NCBI GenBank assembly: GCA_965237525.1
Contig: CBDEFO010000008.1
Span: 1,600,001-1,664,000, forward strand
DNA length: 64,000 nucleotides
Direction: 5' to 3'
Source of the DNA: Candidatus Latescibacterota bacterium
GTDB lineage: Bacteria > Latescibacterota > CBDEFO01
A model generated the notes under the pieces. It searched no databases. It saw only the letters and a program-made list of their open reading frames with translations, and had not been told where the DNA came from. The position numbers were made by a program, and so were the translations under genes. Each line of letters opens with the position of its first letter. Position 1 is the first letter of the stretch. Below, one piece after another: positions 37,732 to 48,926 of the stretch.

Positions 37732-38862
37732 ATGGGAGAAAAAGGATTAAGGGGAGTCATAGCTGGAAACACGGCGCTGAGCACCATTGACGGCACTAAG
37801 GGGGAGTTAATATATCAAGGGATTGACATTCATGATCTGGCCCAGAACTCTACGTTTGAAGAGACTGCTTATCTCCTATGGTTCGGGAGTCTGCCTACAA
37901 GGGCACAGTTGGGTGAACTATCTAAAGAGTTTCTGAAAAATAGGGAGTTAGACGACGAGATCATAGACTTAATTAGCTTGTTTCCCGAGAATGCTCCTCC
38001 TATGGGGGCGCTCAGGACAGCGGTGTCTCATCTCGGTCTTTACGATCCCGATTCTGATAACGATTATTCCAGAGAGGTGAACCTGAAAAAAGCAATAAGG
38101 ATCACAGCTAAGATGGCCACCTTCGTGGCGGCTTACGATAGGATAAGAAACGGGGAAGAACCGATCCAACCTGATCCGAACTTAAGCCATGCGGCAAACT
38201 TTCTGTACATGCTAAACGGAGAGAGGCGGGATGAGGACACAGCCTTGGGGTTCGATCTATGCCTTATCCTGCATGCAGATCACGGTTTCAACGCTTCGAC
38301 GTTCTCCTCAAGGGTGACGATTGCTACGCTTTCAGATATGTATTCCGCCTCCGTGTCGGCTCTGGGGACTCTTAAAGGACCGCTTCACGGGGGGGCTAAT
38401 GAACAGGTGATTCGGATGGTCTTGAAGATAGGGGATGTGGATAAGGCGGAGGGATATGTAAAGGACGCTCTGGCCCGTCACGAAAGGATTATGGGATTCG
38501 GGCATGCGGTCTATAAGACAGAGGATCCGAGGGTTCCCCACTTAAGGAGGCTGTCCAAGAAATTAGGAGAAAAGTCCGGAAACAGTAAGTGGTACGAGAT
38601 TTCAAGGAAGATCGAGGATACGATGATGGAGGCAGGGATGGGTGAAAAGGGGATATGGACAAACGTGGATTTCTACTCGGCTTCGGTCTATTATGCTATG
38701 GGCATTCCGCTAGATCTGTTTACGCCGATCTTTGCGGTCAGCAGAATCGTGGGATGGACGGGACATATCATAGAACAGCTTGAGGACAACCGTATTATAA
38801 GGCCAAAATCACAATATATCGGCCCAAGGGACGTGCCTTACGTACCTGTGGATGAGCGTTAA
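37732..38862 (+). CDS. Citrate synthase
   Basis: ADHGFNASTF, GPLHGGAN, MGFGH, NVDF; ATG 37732 with AGGAG. Confidence 0.95.
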   Translation: MGEKGLRGVIAGNTALSTIDGTKGELIYQGIDIHDLAQNSTFEETAYLLWFGSLPTRAQLGELSKEFLKNRELDDEIIDLISLFPENAPPMGALRTAVSHLGLYDPDSDNDYSREVNLKKAIRITAKMATFVAAYDRIRNGEEPIQPDPNLSHAANFLYMLNGERRDEDTALGFDLCLILHADHGFNASTFSSRVTIATLSDMYSASVSALGTLKGPLHGGANEQVIRMVLKIGDVDKAEGYVKDALARHERIMGFGHAVYKTEDPRVPHLRRLSKKLGEKSGNSKWYEISRKIEDTMMEAGMGEKGIWTNVDFYSASVYYAMGIPLDLFTPIFAVSRIVGWTGHIIEQLEDNRIIRPKSQYIGPRDVPYVPVDER

Positions 38863-38897
38863 AGAGTGAAATATTCTGACACTATCTTCTCAATAAT

Positions 38898-40049
38898 ATG
38901 TCTATAGGGCTTTACATACACATCCCTTTCTGTCGCAGAATATGCCCCTACTGTTCCTTTTCCGTGACGACGGGAAGGTCGGAGTTTATAGATAGGTATC
39001 TGGATGCCCTTGAAATGGAGATGAAGATTAAGTCAGAAAAGTTGTGTATAGGTAGGGTGTTCGATACTGTGTACATCGGCGGTGGAACGCCTACGGTCCT
39101 TTCTGTAGAGCAGCTTAAGGGAGTACTGAGGTCTGTATATAAATATTGGCGATGGGTGGATAACGCGGAGATTACGCTTGAGGCAAATCCGGGGACTCTG
39201 GATATAGATAAATTGCGGGACATAAGGGATTTGGGAATAAATCGGATCAGCCTGGGCGTCCAGTCGTTTAACGATAGGGTCTTAAAGGCGCTGTACAGGG
39301 ATCACACTTCGGATGAAGCGGTTGAGGCGTTTAATTTGGCCAGAAAAGCGGGATTTGAAAATATAAATATAGACTTAATCTTCGGCGCTCCAGGTGGGGA
39401 CTTGAGATCCTGGGAGGAGGACTTAGACGTGGCTTTGGACCTTGCACCTGAGCATATGTCCATTTACGGTCTTACTATTGAGCCGGGGACACCGTTCGAC
39501 AGGATGTATAAGCGCGGGAGATTGAACCTTCCGACCGAGGGGACTCAGGGGCAGATGTACAATATAGCCATGGAGCGTTTGGAGGATCGGGGTTACGAGC
39601 ATTATGAGATCTCCAACTTTTCAAAGACAGGGTTTCAATCGAGGCACAACCAAAGCTACTGGGACGGTTCAGAGTATGTGGGCGTGGGAACGTCGGCTCA
39701 TTCTTTCTGGGATGGCAGGAGGTTTTGGAGCGTATTTGAGACCAGCGATTACGTGGATAGACTGGAAAAGGGGATGGATGTCCTGGAAGATGAGGAGGTG
39801 CTGTCAGAAGACGAGCGCATATGTGAATCAATTTTTCTCGGGTTCAGAACGGGTGAGGGGATCGATTTGAAGGGTTTTTACGAGAGACATAGCTTTGATT
39901 ACAGGGAAAAAGCAAGAAAGTGTCTGGGACCCCTAATCGAGAAGAGACTGATAGAGGATTCCGGCGGGAGCATAAGGCTGACTCAGAGCGGATTCATGGT
40001 CGCAGACTCAGTTATAGAGGAGTTGGCGGCGGCTGTGGAGGAAAGTTGA
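38898..40049 (+). CDS. hemW: Radical SAM heme chaperone
   Basis: YIHIPFCxxxCxYC, GGGTP, YEISNF, HNxxYW. Confidence 0.93.
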   Translation: MSIGLYIHIPFCRRICPYCSFSVTTGRSEFIDRYLDALEMEMKIKSEKLCIGRVFDTVYIGGGTPTVLSVEQLKGVLRSVYKYWRWVDNAEITLEANPGTLDIDKLRDIRDLGINRISLGVQSFNDRVLKALYRDHTSDEAVEAFNLARKAGFENINIDLIFGAPGGDLRSWEEDLDVALDLAPEHMSIYGLTIEPGTPFDRMYKRGRLNLPTEGTQGQMYNIAMERLEDRGYEHYEISNFSKTGFQSRHNQSYWDGSEYVGVGTSAHSFWDGRRFWSVFETSDYVDRLEKGMDVLEDEEVLSEDERICESIFLGFRTGEGIDLKGFYERHSFDYREKARKCLGPLIEKRLIEDSGGSIRLTQSGFMVADSVIEELAAAVEES

Positions 40050-40960
40050 TGAGGGGCGTTCAGGTCAAAGTTCCGGCAAGCGCAGCAAACTTGGGTCCGG
40101 GATTTGACTCCTTGGGGATGGCCTTGAAGCTCTACAACAGAGTCGTCGTCCAGGTCCTCGATAGGGAAGATTTGGAAATTGAAATAGAGGGGGAAGGGGA
40201 AGAGGTTATATCTCTCGACAAAGATAATATAGTCTATCGGGCGATGGTCAGGGGCTTTGACGAGGCGGGCGTCCCAATTCCGGGTTTAAGTATATTTCTG
40301 GAGAATAATATACCGATATCAAGAGGTCTGGGGAGCAGCGCTGCGGCCAGGATTGCAGGGTTGACAGCGGCAAGACATCTCAGCAAAGGTAAGTATTCAG
40401 ATAGCAGGGTAATAGATATAGCTTCAGAACTGGAGGGTCATCCTGATAACGCCGTTGCATCTCTTGTTGGAGGATTTGTAGTTTCATCCAAAGGGGATGG
40501 AGGAGTCGAGTACATCAGGTTGGAGCCTCCCCAGGATCTAAAATTCGTGGTCGCTGTGCCGAATTTTGAGCTTGCCACGGAAAAAGCCAGGCGCGTACTG
40601 CCAGAGAATGTGAGTCTGGAGAATGCAGTACATAATCTAAGCAGGACGGCTCTTTTGGTGGCGTCGTTTGTATCCCGAGACTATGAATACTTGAAGTCAG
40701 CTACGGAGGATCTTCTCCATCAGCCTTACAGAGAAAGTTTAATACCTGGCATGCGTGATGTATTCGATGCGGCTTTGGACGATGGGGCTCTGGGAGTAGC
40801 TATATGCGGTGCTGGCGCATCGCTTTTTGCCCTCGTAAAGGATAATTGGGAAAGGGTCGGGAAGAGCATGCAAGAGGTGTGGGCAGATGCCGACGTGGAG
40901 TCGAAGATACTATTTTTGGAGCCTGACATAGACGGGGCTGCAGTGGAGCCTTTGGATTGA
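40049..40960 (+). CDS. thrB: Homoserine kinase
   Basis: VPASAANLGPGFD, PISRGLGSSA, EGHPDN; ATG overlaps the hemW TGA. Confidence 0.95.
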   Translation: MRGVQVKVPASAANLGPGFDSLGMALKLYNRVVVQVLDREDLEIEIEGEGEEVISLDKDNIVYRAMVRGFDEAGVPIPGLSIFLENNIPISRGLGSSAAARIAGLTAARHLSKGKYSDSRVIDIASELEGHPDNAVASLVGGFVVSSKGDGGVEYIRLEPPQDLKFVVAVPNFELATEKARRVLPENVSLENAVHNLSRTALLVASFVSRDYEYLKSATEDLLHQPYRESLIPGMRDVFDAALDDGALGVAICGAGASLFALVKDNWERVGKSMQEVWADADVESKILFLEPDIDGAAVEPLD

Positions 40961-41277
40961 AATATCTGCGTTATCGTCTACTTATGAAGGATAGATCACT
41001 CATTACCCTAACGGCACTTCTGTAGACGTCCTTAACCCGAATAAAAGCCAGTGCATCAATTGAGAGATTGAATTATATTATAGTTACGTTGCATAATTAC
41101 AAAAACAATCCCCAAAATTAGAGAGGCACTGCCACGAATGAAGATTCCTCTCTATGTTATAAGGGTACCCGCTATATGGCACAACTATAGTTAGCCCGAA
41201 TAATTCACAAAAAAAAGGCCGTGTATTAATTAAGGGATTGTATTATATTATAGTTATGTCGTTTAACCACCTTCGGT

Positions 41278-41418
41278 GTCATTGCGAGCCGAAGGCGAAG
41301 CAATCTCGATTCTGTGGTAGATGTAATACGCTCCGGCTCTCATAGGAGACCACTATAAAACCTTGAGATTGCTTCCCCGATAGACTCAATCGGGGACCGC
41401 TTTGCTCCTCGCAATGAC
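41278..41418. repeat. Inverted pair of GTCATTGCGAG...GCAATCTC REP-like units with a nested 21-bp palindrome (copy 4, 41375-41395)
   Basis: GTCATTGCGAG...AAGCAATCTC (41278-41307) is complementary to GAGATTGCTT...CTCGCAATGAC (41365-41418). Confidence 0.85.
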
Positions 41419-41444
41419 CTCCATCAAGTTTATGAATTAATCGG

Positions 41445-42336
41445 GTTAGAAAGCTGATGAAACGTGAGCAAACAAGACGAGATTGCAGCTGCAAATGAGC
41501 AGCACTGGGAGAAGATGGTGAAGGAGGGATGTGGGTTCACCCAGCCATGGCTCGACTTGGACGGCGGACTGCTTCTGGAGTATGCCGACGGCTCTTTGAG
41601 TCCCGTTCCCGATCCGCTTCTTTTAATATACCCGACTTCTGTTCTGGCAGGGGTAGACGGCAAAGACGTGCTTGGTCTGGCATCCGGAGGTGGCCAGCAG
41701 TCAGCCGTGTTTGGCCTTCTTGGTGCGCGGGTGACAGGGGTGGATCTGACCGAGGGGCAGCTAGATGGAGATAGGGAAGCAGCGGCACACTACGGATATG
41801 AGGTAGCGACTATTCGAGCGGACATGCGGAACCTCTCTTTTCTAGGCGATGAATCCTTTGACTTGGTGTACCAAGCGCTCTCCTTGGGGTATGTACCCCA
41901 TGTTGGAGAGGTCTATGCAGAGGTTGCTAGGGTGTTGAGAACCGGCGGGCTCTACCGAGTGGGTCACTGCAACCCAGCTACGCAGGTTGTGGAGAACGAT
42001 TCCTGGAATGGGGAGGGGTATCAGATCGGCGTCCCGTATGCCGGGGGACGGATTGAGGATGATGCTCATGGTGCTGTCGAGTTCCGACATCTGCTTGGTG
42101 ACATCTTCAATGGGATCCTCGCTGCAGGGCTGTCCATCCGTGGTGTTTATGAAGCTCCGATCCATCTGCAGCACAACGCCCAAGCTCGCCCGGGAAGCTG
42201 GTTTCATATGCTGACTTACGTCCAGCAGTATTTCGCTATCGTAGCAATGAAGGAGTAGAGAGCTTTCTAACAACTGCTTGGAACGGACGTGGGTTACGCT
42301 ACGCTTCTTACCCGTCGGTGATGCCGAGCGTTGTGC
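41445..42336 (+). mobile_element. Integron-type gene cassette (methyltransferase + attC at 42261-42336)
   Basis: GTTAGAAAGCT at 41445 is the exact reverse complement of AGCTTTCTAAC at 42261; an imperfect palindrome follows and ends in GTTGTGC. Confidence 0.8.
41464..42258 (+). CDS. Class I SAM-dependent methyltransferase
   Basis: VLGLASGGGQQ, VDL, ESFDLV, EVARVLRTGG. Confidence 0.92.
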   Translation: MSKQDEIAAANEQHWEKMVKEGCGFTQPWLDLDGGLLLEYADGSLSPVPDPLLLIYPTSVLAGVDGKDVLGLASGGGQQSAVFGLLGARVTGVDLTEGQLDGDREAAAHYGYEVATIRADMRNLSFLGDESFDLVYQALSLGYVPHVGEVYAEVARVLRTGGLYRVGHCNPATQVVENDSWNGEGYQIGVPYAGGRIEDDAHGAVEFRHLLGDIFNGILAAGLSIRGVYEAPIHLQHNAQARPGSWFHMLTYVQQYFAIVAMKE

Positions 42337-42739
42337 AGATATATCAGAAACTTCAAAATGTTGAAGACAAATAGCAAATTTTTGGGTTATAAGCTGGACG
42401 CGACGACCAGATAGTGTCATCTAGACTGGCCTGTTGAACTCTTTGAATTGGTCCAGCTTAAGAAGTAGTCAACGCTATGAAGGATTACTACGCAATTCTG
42501 GGATTAAGGGCAGATGTTTCACAAGAAGATCTGAAGAAGGCATACAGGAGGCTCGCTAAAGAGTATCACCCTGATACCAATCCGGGAAATAGAATAGCTG
42601 AGGAAAAGTTCAAGGATATTTACGAGGCCTACAGGCTGTTGAGCGACCCGAAAAAGAGGCAGGAGTACGATGGAAAGAGGGGAACGACAGGCTATTCTCA
42701 CACAAAAACAGATGATCATGAAAATGCGAGCGGATCTAA

Positions 42740-44258
42740 AAGCCTTGTGAAATAGTTATGTCCCAGGCAGCGTCTGAAGCGCCGATTATGGGTCAAAGAG
42801 TAGCATATCGTATCGTTTTGCTGTGGAATAAGCAAAATAGTCTTATCAGAGTTCTGGTCAGCAAGGAACAGGAGCTGTTTGAAGAACAGGGTGCACTGTC
42901 TTTGACAGACAGGGCACACATAGACGCTTTCCCCCTTCTTATGAAAGATACAAGCCTCTTGAGATTCTGTACTGTTGCAACAAGATTCAACTGTTCATTC
43001 AGTGAGGCTGGTCCTCTATAACGGGCTCGTCCCATACCGTGTTGTTGCCTGGCTTCAGCAAAGATATGTTCACTGCGTTTACGGAGTCTCCGGGAGAGTT
43101 TGTAGTCAGCTGTTAATGAGATAGACCGTGCATGATTTCTGGCTTTCGCCTCTCGCACTTTTCTATCCCGTTCGGCCTGAATATGTGCTGGATTTGTCTT
43201 GTTTTTCCATGTAGGAATCGGTTCAATCTTCTCATCGGCTCGCAGAGGAATATGGGGTATGATTCCCCGGTCAAGTACATCAGCGATAAAATTACCAGAA
43301 CCGTAACCGGTATCGGCACTAAGTGTCTGAATGTCTTTGGGCATGGTGTATGTTTCAAGGTCATCTACCATCTTAAGGGCACTTTCGGGCTCTGCTGTCC
43401 CTGTCGCCTGCGTGCCCTGAGTCTCAAGGATTACTCTGCTTTTTGTGTCGATCAGATCATGGCCCATAAACGAGAGAAAAGCCCCTTTGCCCTTCGATTT
43501 GCTGTATAAGCGCGCGTCGGGGTCTGTAGTCGAACGGTGTGTTTGGTTCGTCCACTTTTCACCATGAAAGTCTTTATCCTGAGGATGCCCGGACCTACCC
43601 TTTGTCTTATCACCTTCAAAACCGATTCCCTTGAGATAATCATCAAGAGAAACAGGGGGTTCTATCGGCTCAATACTTTTCACTGAAGCATCAGCTTGTA
43701 TCTGAGTGCCGTCGACACTAAGGTGTTTACCGCTCACAAGACCGACATCTATGCAACACTGGACTACCTGACGCATTATCCGTTCAAACAACCCACTGGA
43801 TGCCCACTTGTGATTGCGAAGCTTGTTGATCGTGCTCCTATCCGGAACCGCATCATCAAATGTCTGATGACAAAACAACCGATATGCCGCATGCATCCCC
43901 ACTTCCTGACAGAGCCGATTCTCACTCAAATTATACAGATAGCCAATAAGGATCATTCGAACAACTAATTCAGGATCAATACCGGGTCTGCCATTGTCAG
44001 GGCAATAACAATCTGATACAACGTCTCGTACAAATGAAAAATCAACTGCCTCATCAATCTGACGAAGGATATGATCCTCGGGAACTAAATCCTCCATCTG
44101 AAAATAGTGAAACATCGGATTTGTCTGTTCCTGCTTTTGTGGGGTCATTGTTTCCTCCATGTATAATATTATCAATAACATAATATAATACATCGGAGCT
44201 GCTTTATCAATGCTTGTTCTATACTACTTTCTGAATCTAAGGGTTTTTCACAAGGCTT
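42740..44258 (-). mobile_element. IS1182-family insertion sequence, 1519 bp
   Basis: 13-bp perfect terminal IRs AAGCCTTGTGAAA/TTTCACAAGGCTT and CTAA target duplication. Confidence 0.92.
42793..44148 (-). CDS. IS1182 family DDE transposase
   Basis: LVPEDHILR, GRPGIDP, VDGT, STTDPDARL, ADTGYG, SEHIFAE. Confidence 0.93.
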   Translation of the reverse strand: MTPQKQEQTNPMFHYFQMEDLVPEDHILRQIDEAVDFSFVRDVVSDCYCPDNGRPGIDPELVVRMILIGYLYNLSENRLCQEVGMHAAYRLFCHQTFDDAVPDRSTINKLRNHKWASSGLFERIMRQVVQCCIDVGLVSGKHLSVDGTQIQADASVKSIEPIEPPVSLDDYLKGIGFEGDKTKGRSGHPQDKDFHGEKWTNQTHRSTTDPDARLYSKSKGKGAFLSFMGHDLIDTKSRVILETQGTQATGTAEPESALKMVDDLETYTMPKDIQTLSADTGYGSGNFIADVLDRGIIPHIPLRADEKIEPIPTWKNKTNPAHIQAERDRKVREAKARNHARSISLTADYKLSRRLRKRSEHIFAEARQQHGMGRARYRGPASLNEQLNLVATVQNLKRLVSFIRRGKASMCALSVKDSAPCSSNSSCSLLTRTLIRLFCLFHSKTIRYATL

Positions 44259-44895
44259 CTAAGGAAGCGGGAAGGAGCGCTAGCTATACATATTCGGATC
44301 TCTCCCAGGCGTTGTTGCATCAGCTCGGAAAGGTGCTATACAGTTTTTTCAAAATCTTTGACAGATTTCTATTTGCTATCGAATCAAAAGTGCGCACTGG
44401 CGCAAGAAGTTTTAAAGATATTATACTATTTGCGGTAAGAGAATGTAGCGTTCGGCGCGAAGACAAAGCGGCGTTTGACGATGATTTCTTCTCGAGGAGT
44501 GGCACGGACATAAAGTGCTAGGCAGAGATAGGTTTTGTTCAGGCTGCGCTTGGATGCAAAATAAAGATAAGGACGATAGATAACAGCAGAGTGGAAATGG
44601 AAATTCCCCCAGGGACTCATTCCGGGACCGTGTTCAGACTGAAGGGGTTGGGATTGAAAAACTACAGGGGCCGCGGAGACCAGCTTGTGGCGATCAAAGT
44701 GATGATCCCTTCAAATATGACACAAAGGCAGAAGGTCCTCCTAAAGGAGTTCGCACAGGAGGAGAGGGAAAAGTCGAAAAGGACTGAGGGAATATAAATC
44801 AGTTGACAGGGAAAGGTAAAGGGAGTAGGGGCTTTCCATGTGTGTTTGCCAGTAAGGAGAGCAATCTAAGGTAGACAGGACAGCACCCTCTAAAT

Positions 44896-44957
44896 CGTCA
44901 CTGCGACCCCCACCGATTGAATCTATCGGGGGTTAAATCGGGGGCAGCGAAGAAATC
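44896..44957 (+). repeat. Degenerate CGTC-type unit containing 21-bp palindrome copy 5 (44911-44931)
   Basis: CGTCACTGCGA...CACCGATTGAATCTATCGGGG...GCGAAGAAATC. Confidence 0.75.
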
Positions 44958-45089
44958 CCCTAATCAATTAACAGGGTTACCCATCCTTTCCAAATCTGGT
45001 TTCTTTATGAATGTTATCCATAGCTATTTTAGATCCGCTACTTAATCTACTGATAACTATTAAGGTTATGGACCAAGAGGACGACAGCG

Positions 45090-45980
45090 ATGAAAGTGCG
45101 TAAGGCTGTGATTCCCGCGGCTGGCAGGGGTACAAGGTTCCTGCCCGCTACGAAGGCGATGGCCAAGGAGATGATTCCGATAGTAGATAAACCCGTTATG
45201 CAGTATATCGTAGAGGAGATAGTAAGTTCGGGAATAGAGGATATTCTGGTCATAACGGGATCGGACAAAAGGGCGATAGAGGATCACTTCGACAAGTCGT
45301 TCGAGTTGAATTACTATCTGAAAGAGAAGGAAGAATTTGCAATGGTGGAGACGCTGGAACAGATAGAAAGGCTGGCGGACATCTACTATATGAGACAGAA
45401 GGAGACTTTGGGCACGGGACATGCCGTACTGAAGGCGAAGGATCATATCTCTAACGAACCCTTTGCGGTTCTGTTCGGGGACGACCTGGTCAAGTCGAAG
45501 GTTCCATGTATAAAACAGCTTGCGGAGCTTTACGATAGATACAGCGCCTCTATTTTAGCTGTGCAGGAAGTACCGAAGGATAGGATCAGCAGTTATGGGG
45601 TTATAAAGGCAAAAAATATAGGCGGGGTGTATATGGTTGAGGGACTGGTGGAAAAACCCGAACCCCAGGAGGCCCCTTCTAATCTGGCGATCCTGGGGCG
45701 GTATGTCTTTGAACCTGACATATTTGAGATTTTGGAAAGTACTCCTCATGCGGACGATGGGGAACTACAGCTTACGGATGCTATTCGGACCTTGGCAGAG
45801 AATAAAGAGGTATACGCGCATAAGATTCAGGGCGAGTGGTTCAGCGTGGGGGACCGAATATCTTATCTGAAGACTATTATTCGCTTCGCATTAGATAGAG
45901 AAGATATAGGGAAAGAGCTCAAAGTATATCTGAGAAGCCTGTGCGCTGCGCCAGAGTTACCGGGCGACAGAAAAAAATGA
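45090..45980 (+). CDS. galU: UTP-glucose-1-phosphate uridylyltransferase
   Basis: KAVIPAAGRGTRFLPATK, VEKP, GELQLTD. Confidence 0.97.
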   Translation: MKVRKAVIPAAGRGTRFLPATKAMAKEMIPIVDKPVMQYIVEEIVSSGIEDILVITGSDKRAIEDHFDKSFELNYYLKEKEEFAMVETLEQIERLADIYYMRQKETLGTGHAVLKAKDHISNEPFAVLFGDDLVKSKVPCIKQLAELYDRYSASILAVQEVPKDRISSYGVIKAKNIGGVYMVEGLVEKPEPQEAPSNLAILGRYVFEPDIFEILESTPHADDGELQLTDAIRTLAENKEVYAHKIQGEWFSVGDRISYLKTIIRFALDREDIGKELKVYLRSLCAAPELPGDRKK

Positions 45981-47923
45981 AGCACGTTATTATAGGCACT
46001 GCCGGGCATATAGATCACGGAAAGACGGCTTTAGTTAAGGCTTTGACCGGGACGGATGCCGATAGGCTGAAGGAGGAGAAGATAAGGGGGATGACGATAG
46101 ATCTGGGTTTTGCATTTATGGGTGATAACTCTGCTATCATAGACGTTCCGGGACACGAAAGATTTATCAAAAATATGGTTGCAGGAGTCAGCGCTGTTGA
46201 CTTAGCGCTCTTTGTAGTTGCCGCAGACGACGGCGTGATGCCTCAGACAAGGGAGCATCTGGATATTTTAGAACTCTTAGGCGTAAAAAGGGGAATCGTC
46301 GCAATAACTAAAGCCGATCTTGTGGACGAGGAGTGGATTGAGCTTGTCAAGGAAGATATAAGGGTGTTGGTAAAGGGGACTTTTTTGGAGGACGCTCCGA
46401 TGGTTCCCCTATCGTCCACAAGAGGCGACGGAGTGGATGAACTCAAGGGGCTATTAGAGATGTATATATCCGATGTGGAGGAAAGGAACGAGAAGGGCAT
46501 CCTCAGGATGCCTGTAGATAGGTCCTTTTCTATGAGGGGATTCGGAACGGTCGTAACGGGGACAGTCATATCGGGGAGGGCGTCTGTGGGAAATAACCTG
46601 GAACTCCTTCCTCTGGGTGAGGTATTCAGGGTAAGGGGGATACAGGCGCACGGAAAGGATGTCGAACATGCTTCTGCGGGTGACAGAGCAGCGCTGAACT
46701 TTTCAGGGGTAGAAAAGTCTCAAATCCAAAGGGGAGATATGGTAGCAGAGCCCGGTTACTTTACTTCTACATTTATGCTCGATTGCCGATTGAAGCTCCT
46801 TCAGGATTTTCCTAAAGAGAAGCGCATGAAGTTTAAGAACAGGACAAGGGTGAGGGTCCATTTAGGGACGGGGGAAATTATGGGCAGGGTCTTCTTGCTG
46901 GATAAGGACGAGCTTGCTCCCGGAGAGTCGTCACTCGTTCAGTTAAGGATGGAAGACGCGACCACTGCGGCCCCTAAGGACCGATTTGTGATCAGGCGGT
47001 ACTCTCCGGCTTTGACCATAGGCGGGGGTGTGGTGATAGATGCAAATCCAGAAAAGCATAAGCGGTTCGACAAGGGTGTTCTGGATTGCCTTTCAAGGCT
47101 TCAGGACAAAGATCCAAAGAGGGTCTTAATAGAGAGGGTAAAGATGTCCTCCGCAGCTTCTAAGCCGTTGAAGTCCCTGGCTGGGGAAATGGTGATGTCG
47201 CCCGAGAGCTTAAAAGTGGAGATTATGAGGTTAAGGTATAGCCAAACGTCCGCCCCCAATGGCGAAATCGTGATCTTGGACGATGACTTCTCTTCGGGTC
47301 TATTTCACACTGGAAATTGGGAGAATCTGGGGGGGCGCATACTCACGGCTCTGATGGATTTTCATAGAGAAAATCCCGTTAAGGTGGGCATAGACAGGAA
47401 CAGTCTAAGAAATATGGTCGGCGGGATAGACAGAGCGCTCTTTGAGTCCATCCTTGGCGGCCTAATTGATCAGCAAAAAGTTAAGACATCGGGCGCCCTG
47501 GTGAGACTTTCGTCTCATACCATCGGACTGACGCCTTTTCAGAAAAGGTTGAGAGATCAACTCGAACGGATGATCTTAGGGGAGGGCTACTCCACTTCGG
47601 GTGTTAGAACATGGGCCCAGGAACTGGGCACGAAAGAGGATGAAATAGAGGACATCCTGGAGGCGATGCAAAACCTAGGAATCGTCGTTAGAATAGATGA
47701 ATCTATAGTGCTTCACAGGGATACGATCGAAAAGGCAAAAAAGGATTTAGTGGAGTATCTGGAGGAGAACAAGGAGATAACAGTATCTTCTTTCAGGGGC
47801 CTTGTAGGTACTACGCGTAGGTACGCTCTGCCCCTATTGAAATACTTCGACGATAAGGCCGTAACGCAGAGAAGTGGGGATAAACGTACCTTGAGAGTTG
47901 GGGCGACCACTGCAAAGGGATAG
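45977..47923 (+). CDS. selB: Selenocysteine-specific elongation factor
   Basis: [27 protein letters not shown]-terminal winged helices with [16 protein letters not shown] overlaps the galU TGA. Confidence 0.96.
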   Translation: MKHVIIGTAGHIDHGKTALVKALTGTDADRLKEEKIRGMTIDLGFAFMGDNSAIIDVPGHERFIKNMVAGVSAVDLALFVVAADDGVMPQTREHLDILELLGVKRGIVAITKADLVDEEWIELVKEDIRVLVKGTFLEDAPMVPLSSTRGDGVDELKGLLEMYISDVEERNEKGILRMPVDRSFSMRGFGTVVTGTVISGRASVGNNLELLPLGEVFRVRGIQAHGKDVEHASAGDRAALNFSGVEKSQIQRGDMVAEPGYFTSTFMLDCRLKLLQDFPKEKRMKFKNRTRVRVHLGTGEIMGRVFLLDKDELAPGESSLVQLRMEDATTAAPKDRFVIRRYSPALTIGGGVVIDANPEKHKRFDKGVLDCLSRLQDKDPKRVLIERVKMSSAASKPLKSLAGEMVMSPESLKVEIMRLRYSQTSAPNGEIVILDDDFSSGLFHTGNWENLGGRILTALMDFHRENPVKVGIDRNSLRNMVGGIDRALFESILGGLIDQQKVKTSGALVRLSSHTIGLTPFQKRLRDQLERMILGEGYSTSGVRTWAQELGTKEDEIEDILEAMQNLGIVVRIDESIVLHRDTIEKAKKDLVEYLEENKEITVSSFRGLVGTTRRYALPLLKYFDDKAVTQRSGDKRTLRVGATTAKG

Positions 47924-47975
47924 ACATTGTTTCATGTCTTGTATCACCTTATACTCCTGAAATCGGCAGGTGACG

Positions 47976-48848
47976 ATGGCTGACAAGGTTACAAGACCGA
48001 AATTAGACGGCCTGGACCTGAGCCTGGGAAAAAGGATGAGACTCCATAGGTTGCTATATGAGCACAGTTCGGGAAACGGCACAGCCATGCTACTGCCGAT
48101 AGATCAGGGACTGGAGCACGGCCCGGTCGATTTCTTCGCGAATCCTATAAGCATAGACCCTGAATTTCAACTCCGTTTAGCGATGGACGGAGGCTATTCG
48201 GGGATAGAATTTCATATAGGTCTGGCGGAGAAGTATATAAGGCAGTACGCCTGCAATGTGCCTTTAGTGTTGAAGTTGAACGACAGGACGAATATCCCGT
48301 CTGAAAAAGAGGCGTTCTCACCGCAGACGACATCTGTGTAGGACGCCGTGAGATTGGGAGCGGATGCCGTTGGCTATAGTATGTACGTAGGTTCTCCCGC
48401 TCAGGACAGAGATTTCATCCAACTTATGGGGATCAGGGAAGACTGCGAAAGGTTCGGCATGCCCTTAATCGTCTCGGGATACCCCAGAGGAGAGGCGATA
48501 GATTGCGCGGCTCGTGTAGCGTGTGAGCTGGGCGCGGACGTTATAAAGTTGAATATCCCAGTGTACGATGCGCAGGTTCATAAGGACTGCCCTGAGCCTT
48601 AGAATACACTCCATTTAAACACTGAGGATGCGATGAAGAAGGTGGTAACCTCGGCTGGAAAGACGCTTGTGCTGGTATCGAGGGGCGGCATGATAAGAGA
48701 TGAGGACCTGCTGGATAAGGTAAGGATCGCCATGAGCGCTGGGGCGACAGGCCTGACATTCGGAAGGAATATGTGGTAGAGGAATTACGAAGATACGCTT
48801 GAGATGACTTCCAAGATAAAGGAGATAATGGGGGAGTATCCAGCTTGA
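47976..48848 (+). pseudogene. Class I fructose-bisphosphate aldolase (DhnA/FbaB family) pseudogene
   Basis: [35 protein letters not shown]; three in-frame TAG (48339, 48600, 48777) plus substituted conserved residues. Confidence 0.88.
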
Positions 48849-48926
48849 TGGGAAGTAGTATATCGTTACATGAAATTGCACTCCCGAGAAACAATAGCTT
48901 GTTGATTTAGCTGAAAGGCGACTACG

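Larger units (their letters stand above)
42477..44797 (+). pseudogene. DnaJ/CbpA-like co-chaperone interrupted by IS1182 and an in-frame TAG (44519-44521)
   Basis: J domain with HPD at 42477-42739; the frame resumes after the IS and reaches DnaJ_C motifs QAALG...IPPGTHSGTVFRLKGLG...GDQLV. Confidence 0.88.

Noticed and set aside
44210..44521. Independent 103-aa ORF
   Set aside because: It starts inside the IS end and is the displaced middle of the dnaJ-like gene
47976..48848. TAG recoding or pyrrolysine, since three in-frame TAGs occur in the aldolase and one in dnaJ
   Set aside because: The TAGs fall where different residues are expected (E, Y, Q), each one base away; conserved motifs are also damaged; TAG is a normal stop for lepA, hbd, selB and copA
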